Origin: an uncultured virus (IMG/VR IMGVR_UViG_3300044491_001791)
Lineage: Duplodnaviria > Heunggongvirae > Uroviricota > Caudoviricetes
Strand: one strand, 5' to 3'
DNA length: 64,000 nucleotides
Virus record (IMG/VR): IMGVR_UViG_3300044491_001791
Shown: one piece after another, positions 38,379-47,821 of the stretch
Numbering within the stretch: the stretch's first letter is position 1
How the letters are laid out: every line of letters starts with the position of its first letter
Program-made: the position numbers and the translations under genes
The notes under the pieces: generated by a model
What the model saw: the letters and a program-made list of their open reading frames with translations, nothing else
Told to the model about the DNA's origin: nothing
The model's database searches: none

Positions 38379-38522
38379 TTATGACTTATTGGTCTTCTTC
38401 CGACCTTGACAGTGAGACTTTTGAGAGAACCCTTTAGGGTTAGAACAGTTAATAGAGCGTTTGTATTTGTTGCTCCACTTTTCGTAAATTTCTAATTTCT
38501 TGAGAAGTTCAAGACGTTTCAT
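38379..38522 (-). CDS. 47-aa basic Cys-containing peptide (not in the ORF track)
   Basis: MKRLELLKKLEIYEKWSNKYKRSINCSNPKGFSQKSHCQGRKKTNKS; TAATG coupling. Confidence 0.75.
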   Translation of the reverse strand: MKRLELLKKLEIYEKWSNKYKRSINCSNPKGFSQKSHCQGRKKTNKS

Positions 38523-39118
38523 TACATCTTGACGCAGTTGTCTACAGTTTTGCCACCTTTTTTCTTGGTGCCCATTCTTTTATAGCCTTTCCAGCATACT
38601 TTGCCGTCAACGCCTTTTTGTTTTTCTTCTGGTAATGTAGTGTAACTTGGTTTTCCACACTCTTTACAAGTACCAAGTTTATTTTCTAACATTTTAGATA
38701 AACTTGTTTTATAGTCTGAGGATTCTTTTTTAGCAAATTGTGGTGGTACTTCACCTTTTTTAGGCTTGCTACCTTTGTCTTTAAGTGCCTTCTTCATTGG
38801 CTCTTTTTTGTCGCCATCTTTGTCTACATCAAGAAAGTCTGGCTTAGATTTCTTTGCTTCTGCTACTTCATCAAATTTAGTTTCATAATCCATATGATGG
38901 TATACTGAACTAATGTAGTCAGCGGCTTTTGTAATCTTTGCTTGAACCCAACCTTCAAGGCCGTCTGCTTCGCTAACGCCCTTCATCATTTCATGAAGTT
39001 TAATTGCGTACTTGGCTACTTTGTACAACTCGGCACGTGCCATTTGTACTTCGTGATCTGATTCAGCCTTGTATGCTAAATCTGCTAAACCTTCAGTTGT
39101 AAGTTCTTTCTTTTTCAT
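38522..39118 (-). CDS. Putative internal head protein (modular)
   Basis: MKKKELTTE; WVQAKIT; PDFLDVDKDGDKKEPMK; CWKGYK..NCVKM. Confidence 0.7.
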   Translation of the reverse strand: MKKKELTTEGLADLAYKAESDHEVQMARAELYKVAKYAIKLHEMMKGVSEADGLEGWVQAKITKAADYISSVYHHMDYETKFDEVAEAKKSKPDFLDVDKDGDKKEPMKKALKDKGSKPKKGEVPPQFAKKESSDYKTSLSKMLENKLGTCKECGKPSYTTLPEEKQKGVDGKVCWKGYKRMGTKKKGGKTVDNCVKM

Positions 39119-39126
39119 AATAGTAT

Positions 39127-40083
39127 TTACCTCTTAACTGTGCTTCCGCCCATTAAATTATTGCCCATGTCTAAAGCGTTTACTGCTGTACCGTCTGCTT
39201 TTTTCTTTTGTGGCGCCTTGGGTAAGCCTTTTGAATCTTTTGGTCTATGTCCGTATGCTTGTGCTGGATTTGCCACTGAAGCAATATTACCTGCTGAAGT
39301 TGCTCCTGCTGTTGCTACTTCTTTAATACCTGCAAGTGCTTTCATTTCGTTTGCAAAATCAGATGCTTGTGTTTGTTGTGTTTCTGATGTACCTGAAACT
39401 AATTTTGCTAATTGCATAATATGATCTGCTTCGTCTACCGGCTTGTCTTTATCAAGTGCCGCTTTACGTTTCATTAATTCTTTTTTAAGTTCTGGATCTT
39501 TTGATGTTTCTGGATTCGTTTGAATATCCTGCAATGCTTTTTTCTTAGCATCGTAATCATCTTTGTCTTTAGTAGGTGTATAGTTAGATGATTCTGCTGG
39601 TGCCGCACCTTTTTCTGCTTGTTTAACCAGCATCATAAACTTTTGACGCATTGCTTGATCACCGAGAATAGTTGTTAACTGTTTTGCAAATGGAGCAATT
39701 TGTTTAGCAAGGTTACCTTGTAATGCACCGCCTGATGCAAGTTTATCTAAACCCTTTGCCATCATAGCACCCGAACCACCTTTAGCACCCATAGCCGAAG
39801 TAGCCATTTTAGCACCTTGTGCTGTTTTTTGTGCCGCTTGTTTATCAGCACCAGAAGCCATTCCAGCAACTTTACCTGCAACACCACCTTGTTGTTGTGC
39901 CGCCGTTTTAACATCGTCTTTAGATGCTCCTGTAGCGTTTGCTACTGCACCTACAGCCATATCAGCACCTTTTTGTGCTACTTTGCCAGCCGCCGCCTTA
40001 ACTGCACCAGCCGCCTTTTGAGCACCAGTTTTCATAGCATCTAATGGGTTTGCTTCTGTTGTTGTTAATTCTCTCAGTTTCAT
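39127..40083 (-). CDS. Putative internal head protein, Ala/Gly/Lys-rich
   Basis: MKLRELTTTE; EVATAGATSAGNIASV. Confidence 0.65.
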   Translation of the reverse strand: MKLRELTTTEANPLDAMKTGAQKAAGAVKAAAGKVAQKGADMAVGAVANATGASKDDVKTAAQQQGGVAGKVAGMASGADKQAAQKTAQGAKMATSAMGAKGGSGAMMAKGLDKLASGGALQGNLAKQIAPFAKQLTTILGDQAMRQKFMMLVKQAEKGAAPAESSNYTPTKDKDDYDAKKKALQDIQTNPETSKDPELKKELMKRKAALDKDKPVDEADHIMQLAKLVSGTSETQQTQASDFANEMKALAGIKEVATAGATSAGNIASVANPAQAYGHRPKDSKGLPKAPQKKKADGTAVNALDMGNNLMGGSTVKR

Positions 40084-40087
40084 ATTA

Positions 40088-41653
40088 CTATTTACCTTTT
40101 TTTCCGCCCTTCATATTAGCACACCAGTGATACATTTTGCCTTTTTCACCACCATGTTTACGAGCCTTAGCACGTAAACTACTTACAGATCCTTTACAAC
40201 TTGCACCAGCCTTCTTGACTCTGCCCGGACGACTTTTACCTTTTTTTTTACCGTCAGCAAAGTTTTCACTTACATCAGGACTTTTTTTTAGACCAATTAT
40301 AAGCCTATATGCATTAGGATCATCACTAATTACTTCGTCATACTGTGCATCTTTGTAACCATCAGCGTCTTGCACATCATAACCAAGACGTTTTAGTTGT
40401 TTTAACATATATGCTTTTTCTTTGTCACCACCATAAAACTGCACCATGATATCAGGATCATCTGGATTCATATCGTTTGGGTCAATATCTTTAATGTTTG
40501 CCATATTAGTACCAAGTTTTATAAAGTCATAATCAGCATCAGATTTGACCAATGAAGTATTTTTAGGATTAGGAATTAATTCACCTTCATCTGTTTTTTT
40601 ATTAAACTTATGTGTGTACGCATCTTTATCACCACGTGCCGCCGCGGCTCTTCTTGCTTTAACTTTATCTGCAACACTTGGCTCTTCTGGAGCACGTTTC
40701 TTTTTAATCGTTGTACGTGGAACATTACGAGTAGCAAACCCTAATATTTCATTTGTGTTTTCTTCTGCTGGTTTATTAAAGTAATCTTTTAAACTTGAAG
40801 CAGTTCTTTCAAACTTGTGATCTTTGTGCTTAAATCCAACGCCACCTGCAGATTGCCATTTAGAAACGTTTTGACCAAAGTCGTCAATTAGTATGTTAGG
40901 TGTACCGTCTGGTTGTTTTGCATATGCTTGTTTGTCTGTGGTAATAATAACTTTCTTAGGCGGAAATGCTGATAGATTATTTTTAACCCATTCTCTTTTG
41001 TGTGGTTCTGCTCTGTCGTCATTAGCAAGAGGAGCAGAAAGAATATTGTACTCGCCTTTAATATCTTTAATGATACCTAATAGTTTATCTGCATTAGGTG
41101 TAGGCTTTAGTTTTAACCAAAAATCTTCTGTATCTCTAATCTTTTGTAATGCGGCATCAACATTTTTAATTTGTTTCCAATCTTTGACACCCATCATTTT
41201 AGTCCATTCACCAAAGAAGTCTACAAGTACACCGTCCATATCCACATAGATTTCTGAATCGCTTGATAGTTCTTTGCCTTTAAGTTCGTTAAGTTTAGAT
41301 TCTTTTGCCATCTTAGTTGCAGTTGCATACATGACTGCTTCTGCATCATCACCATAACGCTTTTTAAAATCTTTTTTGTTTTTCTTCATACCTTTGACGT
41401 ATTTTTCTTTGTCTTTTTCTTCGCCTTTGGTAAGTGAACGTTCTTCAACACTTTCGGCCATACCTAAGTTGAATAGTACGTTTGTTTTAGAACCTTTGAC
41501 TTTTTTGCTTAATGTTGGCGGACGGCCGTCTTTATCAACTTTGAAACCAAGTTTGCCTGCTTCAATTGGAATCTGATTTACTCCAACATCAGGCGTTGTA
41601 TTAACACCTTTTACAATTCTTCCACCAAATTCTTTTAGTTCTTGCCATCTCAT
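40088..41653 (-). CDS. Modular protein with a 5'(3')-deoxyribonucleotidase-like HAD domain
   Basis: IYVDMDGVLVDF, ILSAP, K.EW, ILIDD; flanked by basic modules. Confidence 0.75.
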   Translation of the reverse strand: MRWQELKEFGGRIVKGVNTTPDVGVNQIPIEAGKLGFKVDKDGRPPTLSKKVKGSKTNVLFNLGMAESVEERSLTKGEEKDKEKYVKGMKKNKKDFKKRYGDDAEAVMYATATKMAKESKLNELKGKELSSDSEIYVDMDGVLVDFFGEWTKMMGVKDWKQIKNVDAALQKIRDTEDFWLKLKPTPNADKLLGIIKDIKGEYNILSAPLANDDRAEPHKREWVKNNLSAFPPKKVIITTDKQAYAKQPDGTPNILIDDFGQNVSKWQSAGGVGFKHKDHKFERTASSLKDYFNKPAEENTNEILGFATRNVPRTTIKKKRAPEEPSVADKVKARRAAAARGDKDAYTHKFNKKTDEGELIPNPKNTSLVKSDADYDFIKLGTNMANIKDIDPNDMNPDDPDIMVQFYGGDKEKAYMLKQLKRLGYDVQDADGYKDAQYDEVISDDPNAYRLIIGLKKSPDVSENFADGKKKGKSRPGRVKKAGASCKGSVSSLRAKARKHGGEKGKMYHWCANMKGGKKGK

Positions 41654-41874
41654 TTTTTACGGCTCCTTAATCCTGGAGGATACTCTTGACCCTTCCAGTA
41701 AGGACGGCTAAACCATAGTTTAAACCAATCTTCATCACCTGGACGTAAATTCTTTTCTTTTTCTATACGTCTTTTTTCTGTACCTGTATGACTAATATTT
41801 TCGTCTACAGGTTTTAAACCTTTAAAACTATATTCGCCAACACCTGCTAATTTTTTAAGTGTATCTAAGTCCAT
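41650..41874 (-). CDS. Small hypothetical phage protein
   Basis: LKKLAG..PGDEDWFKLWF. Confidence 0.7.
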   Translation of the reverse strand: MDLDTLKKLAGVGEYSFKGLKPVDENISHTGTEKRRIEKEKNLRPGDEDWFKLWFSRPYWKGQEYPPGLRSRKK

Positions 41875-42443
41875 TATGACGCCTGTAGTATTGTTGATAA
41901 GTTATCGAACATCTTTTTAGCATAAGGTTGTGCCGCTTTAGTAACGCCTTTACTAAATGCTTCAAAGTTATTATCCATAACTGCTTGACGCATTTTACTT
42001 GCACTCATTCCTGATGCATCATCTGCATCTGGATTACGTGATAATCTTTGAAACTTAATTTCTTCAAAATCGAAAAATCCGTGATCTTTTTTTATGCCGT
42101 TGTATTGTTCTAATAATTTACCTAACTTATCTTCACCTTCGAAGAAAGTCACTTTAGAATAACCTCTTGCATACAAATCACTTGCGGCAAACATAATATT
42201 TTTAGATAGTTCTATTTTAATATCTGGGAAACTTTTTCTTGCCCAATCTAATTTTTCATTTGGGTTTAAAGGATCTGTTGGAAGTTTTGCGGCTCTGTCT
42301 GTTAAGAAAAGTATTGCATCACCTGGACCTTGTTTAAGTGCTTCAACAAGTAAGCCGTGTCCTGTCGTAGCCGGATTAAGTCTTCCTAAAGCAAAACTAA
42401 CTTCTTTGCCCAACTGTTCAACAAACAATTCTCTTAACTGCAT
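41874..42443 (-). CDS. Cytidyltransferase-like (HxGH family) protein
   Basis: GRLNPATTGH, DPL..K, GMSASKMR. Confidence 0.75.
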   Translation of the reverse strand: MQLRELFVEQLGKEVSFALGRLNPATTGHGLLVEALKQGPGDAILFLTDRAAKLPTDPLNPNEKLDWARKSFPDIKIELSKNIMFAASDLYARGYSKVTFFEGEDKLGKLLEQYNGIKKDHGFFDFEEIKFQRLSRNPDADDASGMSASKMRQAVMDNNFEAFSKGVTKAAQPYAKKMFDNLSTILQAS

Positions 42444-42772
42444 TAGTACTCACCTTCTTTAAATGCTTCTACTTCCTGTTCATAAATCATTTCTGCAAGT
42501 GATTTTCTTTCGTCCATAGTAATAAGATCATTACCACGTTGTGGTAAGTCATATTTTTTAATATAATGATCTACACCTTTATCAATCATAGGTAAAATAA
42601 TTTCAATCGTTTTATTTTTATCGCCATTATTATAACAGTCTTGACATTTTGCCATAGTAGGGTAGTACATTTGCCTATAGAAAGCAGTATCGTCTCTCAT
42701 ATGACACAATAAGTCACTTGGAACATCATATGAAGGGTTATCTTCTTTATTTAAAATATCATCAAATTTCAT
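42443..42772 (-). CDS. Hypothetical protein
   Basis: Start reassigned to MKFDDIL. Confidence 0.7.
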   Translation of the reverse strand: MKFDDILNKEDNPSYDVPSDLLCHMRDDTAFYRQMYYPTMAKCQDCYNNGDKNKTIEIILPMIDKGVDHYIKKYDLPQRGNDLITMDERKSLAEMIYEQEVEAFKEGEY

Positions 42773-42773
42773 A

Positions 42774-43481
42774 TTACCACTTCCTGCAAGACCAATATCT
42801 TGCCTTTGTTCTTGGACCTGGATTATCACAGTTATGTCTTGCTCGGAAACTTCTTCTACGTGCAGGGTTAGACTTTTTAATGCTCATTGCTTTACCTTTA
42901 ACACTTGAGCCACCGTGTCCAAAGTTTACTTTCTTTACGTTGCCTGTTTTAGGATCTTTTACATATACCTTAAACTTCTTAACGTCACCTTGCATAGGCT
43001 TACCAAGTTTAACTTTACGTCCTTGGTACTCTGCTTCGTCCATGATGTCATCTTCGTTATACCACATCTCACCGTATGCTTCGTAAAAGTCATCATCGTC
43101 ATCATATGTTTCGTCAATACTTGCACCAGCAAGTTCTTTAATTCTATCAACTTCTTTTTGACCCATCTTATCATCGTAGTCATCTTGTGCCGCATCCATT
43201 GCATACTCATGATCCGGACCATCTGGTCGAACTACCATTGTAGCAAATTCGTCATCAACTTTAGCATTGCCTTCATATTCTGACTCACCTCTTAATGAGT
43301 TAGGATCTACTTTACCGTTAACTACTTTATAGTATAATGTACCATATGCTGTTTCACCGTCATCACCTGTGAATTCAAATTCTGTTTCGTATTCTTCGCC
43401 GTGCTTTTTGACACCTGTGTAATATTGTGAGCCTGATTCGTTTTCGGCTTCCTTTAGATAATCTCTAAATTTCTTAGTCAT
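42774..43481 (-). CDS. Putative internal head protein with basic Cys-containing C-terminal domain
   Basis: EAEYQGRKVKLGKP...RRSFRARHNC..ARYWSCRKW. Confidence 0.75.
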   Translation of the reverse strand: MTKKFRDYLKEAENESGSQYYTGVKKHGEEYETEFEFTGDDGETAYGTLYYKVVNGKVDPNSLRGESEYEGNAKVDDEFATMVVRPDGPDHEYAMDAAQDDYDDKMGQKEVDRIKELAGASIDETYDDDDDFYEAYGEMWYNEDDIMDEAEYQGRKVKLGKPMQGDVKKFKVYVKDPKTGNVKKVNFGHGGSSVKGKAMSIKKSNPARRRSFRARHNCDNPGPRTKARYWSCRKW

Positions 43482-43530
43482 GTGAATAACCCTTTATAAT
43501 ACGCATTATAAAGTATTTATCACAGTTTGT

Positions 43531-43800
43531 CTATACAGAGATTTCGATATCGAACTTAGAAAACCCTAAATCAAACAGTCTATTTGCTATTCTTTCAGCA
43601 ACAGCATTGGATTCTGCTTCGTCTAATTGCTTGTGGGTATCAATAGTAAGCACTGTTTCGCCCTTATCGGACTCATATACTTCATATAGTGCTTCTGATT
43701 CTGTTAGTGCTTCGTCTGTGCAGTTTAACACTTGTTCAGCAATAATAGCATCAACATCTTCTTGTTTGCCTTGCCATACAATATTAATAAAATTACTCAT
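43531..43800 (-). CDS. Acidic hypothetical protein
   Basis: GGGA SD; co-oriented. Confidence 0.65.
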   Translation of the reverse strand: MSNFINIVWQGKQEDVDAIIAEQVLNCTDEALTESEALYEVYESDKGETVLTIDTHKQLDEAESNAVAERIANRLFDLGFSKFDIEISV

Positions 43801-43808
43801 AATATCCC

Positions 43809-44150
43809 CTAATGATTCAACAAGATAGTGTTAATAGTACCATCTGTGTAAACTACTTTTGCTCTAACCCATACAAAGTTACCAGTGAAGTTTGCATACT
43901 TGCTGGCAGTTTCTTGTGCCGCCGTATATGTATGTACTGCAAACCAGTCAGCATCAGTAGGTGCAGTAGCAAGTGTACCTTGTATAGTAATTGTACCAGT
44001 TAACCCGTTAAAGTTATACTGTACAGTGTGTACACCGTCTGCTCTGCTGTAATAACCATCACCTTTGTACTTTTCGCCCGTAATTGTTTGTACGGTGCTG
44101 TCTCCCGGGTGGGTATTTGCTGATAAAATTGTTTCACTGTTACTTGGCAT
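43809..44150 (-). CDS. Hypothetical beta-rich virion-type protein
   Basis: TAAATA-5nt-ATG; GDGYY..DG.HTVQ..NFTGNFVWVRA. Confidence 0.7.
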   Translation of the reverse strand: MPSNSETILSANTHPGDSTVQTITGEKYKGDGYYSRADGVHTVQYNFNGLTGTITIQGTLATAPTDADWFAVHTYTAAQETASKYANFTGNFVWVRAKVVYTDGTINTILLNH

Positions 44151-44168
44151 ACAACTATTTATCTAAAT

Positions 44169-46421
44169 CTATGCTGTAACAGATTCTGTTTTTTTAGAAG
44201 GTACTAACTTGATTTTCTTATCTTCAATGTCAATATGTAAATGACCGCCATCTTTTAACTCGCCAAACAATAGTATCTTACTTAAATCACGTTTGATTTC
44301 TTTATCAATAGTACGTTGTAACGGTCTTGCACCCATCTTCTTATCAAATCCAACATCTACAAGGTAATCAATAGTGTCGTCTGTAATATCAACAGTAACA
44401 TTCTTTTCTGAAAGCATATCACGTAATTCAACAAGGAACTTACCAACAATTTTAATCATTGTATTCTTCTCAAGTTTACCAAATGCAATTACACCGTCAA
44501 GTCTGTTACGGAATTCAGGAGCAAAAAACTTCTTGAGTTCTGTATCTTCGTATTCTACTTCAAGATCTTCATTGAAGCCGATAGCGTTTTTCTCTGCTTG
44601 TTCTGCACCTAAGTTTGTTGTTAAGATCAGAACGGCATTTTTCGCATCGGCTTCTTTACCGTTGCTTCCAGTAACTTTTCCATTATCCATTAATTGTAAT
44701 AGGATCTGTGATACGTCTGGATGTGCTTTTTCAATCTCATCGAGTAGTAATACACAGTTAGGATGCTCTTGCAATTTTGTAATTAATACACCTGCATTTT
44801 CTTCATAGCCAACATATCCAGGAGGTGAACCAATTAGTTTAGCAACTGAATGCTTTTCTTGATACTCTGACATATCAAAACGCACAAGTTCTACACTTAA
44901 TTCTCTTGCAAGTTGTTTTGCTGTTTCAGTTTTACCTACACCTGTTGGACCCATAAACACAAACGATCCGATTGGTTTATTGTCTGGTTTAAGACCTGCT
45001 TGTGCAACAAGTATCTTATCAACAATTTCGTCAATTGCTTTGTCTTGTCCGTATACCTGCTTCTTAAGATTATCTTCAAGATGTGCAAGGTTGCTTGATT
45101 CTTTTTGTTGTACTTGTTCAGGCGGTAGTTTAATTGCCTTAGCAAGTTCAAACTCAATTTCTTCTTTGCCTACAACTTTATCGCCTTCAACTTTTTTAAG
45201 ATTAAATCTTGAACAAGCAAGATCAATTAAGTCAATTGCTTTGTCCGGCAGTTTTTTATCAGCCATATATTTCACTGAAAGTTTAATTGAAGTATCAATT
45301 GCTTCTTCAGTAATTTCTACTTTATGATAGTCTTCATAATACTTTTTAATACCTTGTAAGATTGATTTTGTTGTTGCTTTGTCTGGTTCAGCAACACTAA
45401 CACGTTGAAAACGTCTCATTAATGCACGATCCTTTTCAAAGTATTTGCGGTATTCTTCCCAAGTAGTTGATGCTACAACTTTAATATCACCTTTACCAAG
45501 AGCAGGCTTTAGCATATTAGCAAGATCGTTTGCACTATTAGAGCCACCGCCGGCACCTGCACCATTAATCATGTGTGCTTCGTCAATGAATACAATAGTT
45601 TTGCCTTGCTTCTTGATTGCACTCATTACAAGTTTAAATCTTTCTTCAAAGTCACCTCTATATTTAGAACCTGCCAACATAGCACTAATGTCTAAATTAT
45701 AAACTTTATACTCTTGTAAAAATTCTGGTACTGCTTTGTTAACGATATTCCATGCAAGTCCTTCTGCAATAGCAGTCTTACCTACACCAGGATCACCAAC
45801 AAGTAATACATTGTTCTTTGCACGTCTACCTAATGCAAGTGCAATACTTTCTAATTCTTCGTTACGTCCGATAACTGGATCTACTTTATTCTTTTCTACT
45901 TCTTTGTTTAAGTCTGTTGAAAATTCACGTAATGCTTTTTGTGAAAGCGAACGCATTTCTTCATCTTCGTAAACTGCTTCTAATTCGTTGTTCAAATAAT
46001 CAGCAAATGTTTCTTTTGTGATACCTGCCTTTTGAATATGATAGTATGACCATGATTTCTTTTCATTCATAATGCTTAAAAATACATCAGTAATTTCAAT
46101 GTTATGTCTACCACTAAACAACACTTGTGTAAATGCTCTATTCAGTACACGTTCTACAGTTGATGTTTTCTTAGGTTTAAACTTTTTAGAATTCTCTGCA
46201 GGCAATGTAATTTCTTGGCATTCGTTTTTTAAATAGTTTTCGATATTCTTTTTAATAAAGTCAGGATCAGCACCAGAGCCTTCTACAATTTTAGAAAACT
46301 TGTCACTGCATAACATTGCAAATAAAAGATGCTCAAGTGTCACATACTCGTGATTCAACTTCTTAGCATCGTTCATTGATTTATCAAATACCGCCTGCAA
46401 ATCATCACTTGGTTCAACCAT
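44169..46421 (-). CDS. clpA: ATP-dependent Clp protease ATP-binding subunit ClpA
   Basis: Clp N-domain; two AAA modules (GDPGVGKT, GPTGVGKT); GYVG; IGF loop; GARPL. Confidence 0.93.
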   Translation of the reverse strand: MVEPSDDLQAVFDKSMNDAKKLNHEYVTLEHLLFAMLCSDKFSKIVEGSGADPDFIKKNIENYLKNECQEITLPAENSKKFKPKKTSTVERVLNRAFTQVLFSGRHNIEITDVFLSIMNEKKSWSYYHIQKAGITKETFADYLNNELEAVYEDEEMRSLSQKALREFSTDLNKEVEKNKVDPVIGRNEELESIALALGRRAKNNVLLVGDPGVGKTAIAEGLAWNIVNKAVPEFLQEYKVYNLDISAMLAGSKYRGDFEERFKLVMSAIKKQGKTIVFIDEAHMINGAGAGGGSNSANDLANMLKPALGKGDIKVVASTTWEEYRKYFEKDRALMRRFQRVSVAEPDKATTKSILQGIKKYYEDYHKVEITEEAIDTSIKLSVKYMADKKLPDKAIDLIDLACSRFNLKKVEGDKVVGKEEIEFELAKAIKLPPEQVQQKESSNLAHLEDNLKKQVYGQDKAIDEIVDKILVAQAGLKPDNKPIGSFVFMGPTGVGKTETAKQLARELSVELVRFDMSEYQEKHSVAKLIGSPPGYVGYEENAGVLITKLQEHPNCVLLLDEIEKAHPDVSQILLQLMDNGKVTGSNGKEADAKNAVLILTTNLGAEQAEKNAIGFNEDLEVEYEDTELKKFFAPEFRNRLDGVIAFGKLEKNTMIKIVGKFLVELRDMLSEKNVTVDITDDTIDYLVDVGFDKKMGARPLQRTIDKEIKRDLSKILLFGELKDGGHLHIDIEDKKIKLVPSKKTESVTA

Positions 46422-46941
46422 ACTTTATCATTCCTTTAATTTGTTTCATTAATTTTTCTTGCTTCTTTTTAGCCATATCTATTTTTAATTTACTTACACG
46501 GTCAATATAGTTAATACCGTACAAATGATCAAATTCGTGTTGAAAAATTCTTGCATTCCAACCAGTAAACTCTACTATACACTCTTTTCCGCTACTGTCA
46601 AGAAACTTAGCCACCAAAGCCACCGCACGTTTTACCTTAAAAAATAATCCTGGAAAACTTAAACAACCTTCTTCACCTATAATTGTTTGCTCTGAAACTT
46701 TTTCTATTTTAGGATTAATAACAGCAAATGATTGTCTATCTTTATATCCTTGTAATTCTTTTGGTTCCATAACAAAAATTTGTGCATCTAAATCAACCTG
46801 ATTGGCACTTAATCCAACACCATGTTCTTTAGTCATGATGTCTACCATTTGCTTTTCAATTTCTATTGCATCTAACTTGTCGAAGTCAAAAGGTTGTACT
46901 TGCTTCAATAAAGCCGGATGCGGATGATAAACTAATTTCAT
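46414..46941 (-). CDS. def: Peptide deformylase
   Basis: GVGLSANQ, EGCLS, HEFDH. Confidence 0.95.
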   Translation of the reverse strand: MKLVYHPHPALLKQVQPFDFDKLDAIEIEKQMVDIMTKEHGVGLSANQVDLDAQIFVMEPKELQGYKDRQSFAVINPKIEKVSEQTIIGEEGCLSFPGLFFKVKRAVALVAKFLDSSGKECIVEFTGWNARIFQHEFDHLYGINYIDRVSKLKIDMAKKKQEKLMKQIKGMIKYG

Positions 46942-47783
46942 TCCTGTATCTTTCTTATTAAGTTGTATTGTTCTTCAGTTAAGTTTCTTGGAATAACTCC
47001 GTTTACTTTTAAGTAAACGTTTCCAGAAGCGCCTGAATTATAGTCGGGTAAGCCTTGACCGTGTATGCTTAGAATAGTGCCTGGTTGTGTGCCTCTTGGT
47101 ACATTAATACTTATAGTTCTTCCTGTCGGAAGTGTAAGATTTGTGGTAGTTCCAAGGATCATTTCAAATATATTAATCTTTGTAACAGCGTGTAAATTTA
47201 AACCATCTTGATCATAATTTGGATCACGTTTTATTCTTACTTTTACATTAAGATTACCTCTTGGTATATTAGGAATACTATCGTCACCTAATCCGCCATA
47301 ACGAATAGTATCTCCGTGTCTTGCACCTTTTGGAATATCAATATTTACAGTTTGCTCTTTACTACTGTTAGTTCTAAATGTAGCAATAACACCTTTACCT
47401 GTGTACACTTCTCCTAATGTAATATCACAAGCAATAGTAATGTCTCTATTTTGTTGCGGTCTTCTTTGTTGTTGAAATCCTCCACCAAAAAATGTAGAGA
47501 ATAAATCATTCATGTCACCATTAAATTCAAAGTTTCCTGGACCGAAGCCACCAAACCCCTGCTGTTGGAATCCTGCTTGTTGTGGATCAGCGGTTCCAAA
47601 CTGATCGTACATCTGTTTCTTTTTTGGATCTGTTAGTGTTTGATATGCTTCGTTAAGTTCTGTAAACTTTTTATGATCACCTCCTTTGTCAGGATGGTGC
47701 TTCGCCGCGAGTTTACGGAATGCGTTTTTAATATCTTTTTCGGAAGCGTTGCGAGAAACGCCTAATAAGTCATAATAATCCAT
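46938..47783 (-). CDS. DnaJ/CbpA-like co-chaperone (no Zn finger)
   Basis: J domain with HPD, G/F region, C-terminal domain. Confidence 0.92.
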   Translation of the reverse strand: MDYYDLLGVSRNASEKDIKNAFRKLAAKHHPDKGGDHKKFTELNEAYQTLTDPKKKQMYDQFGTADPQQAGFQQQGFGGFGPGNFEFNGDMNDLFSTFFGGGFQQQRRPQQNRDITIACDITLGEVYTGKGVIATFRTNSSKEQTVNIDIPKGARHGDTIRYGGLGDDSIPNIPRGNLNVKVRIKRDPNYDQDGLNLHAVTKINIFEMILGTTTNLTLPTGRTISINVPRGTQPGTILSIHGQGLPDYNSGASGNVYLKVNGVIPRNLTEEQYNLIRKIQE

Positions 47784-47789
47784 AGCACT

Positions 47790-47818
47790 ATTATATACTT
47801 AGTTTAGGCGTTTGTCAA
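47790..47818 (-). promoter_or_regulatory. Sigma70-type promoter, leaderless to dnaJ
   Basis: TTGACA-17-TATAAT-6nt-ATG. Confidence 0.8.
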
Positions 47819-47821
47819 GTA

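Noticed and set aside
39700..40050. Low-complexity GCA/GGT-rich stretch as a DNA repeat
   Set aside because: Explained by Ala/Gly/Lys-rich coding sequence; no exact tandem unit
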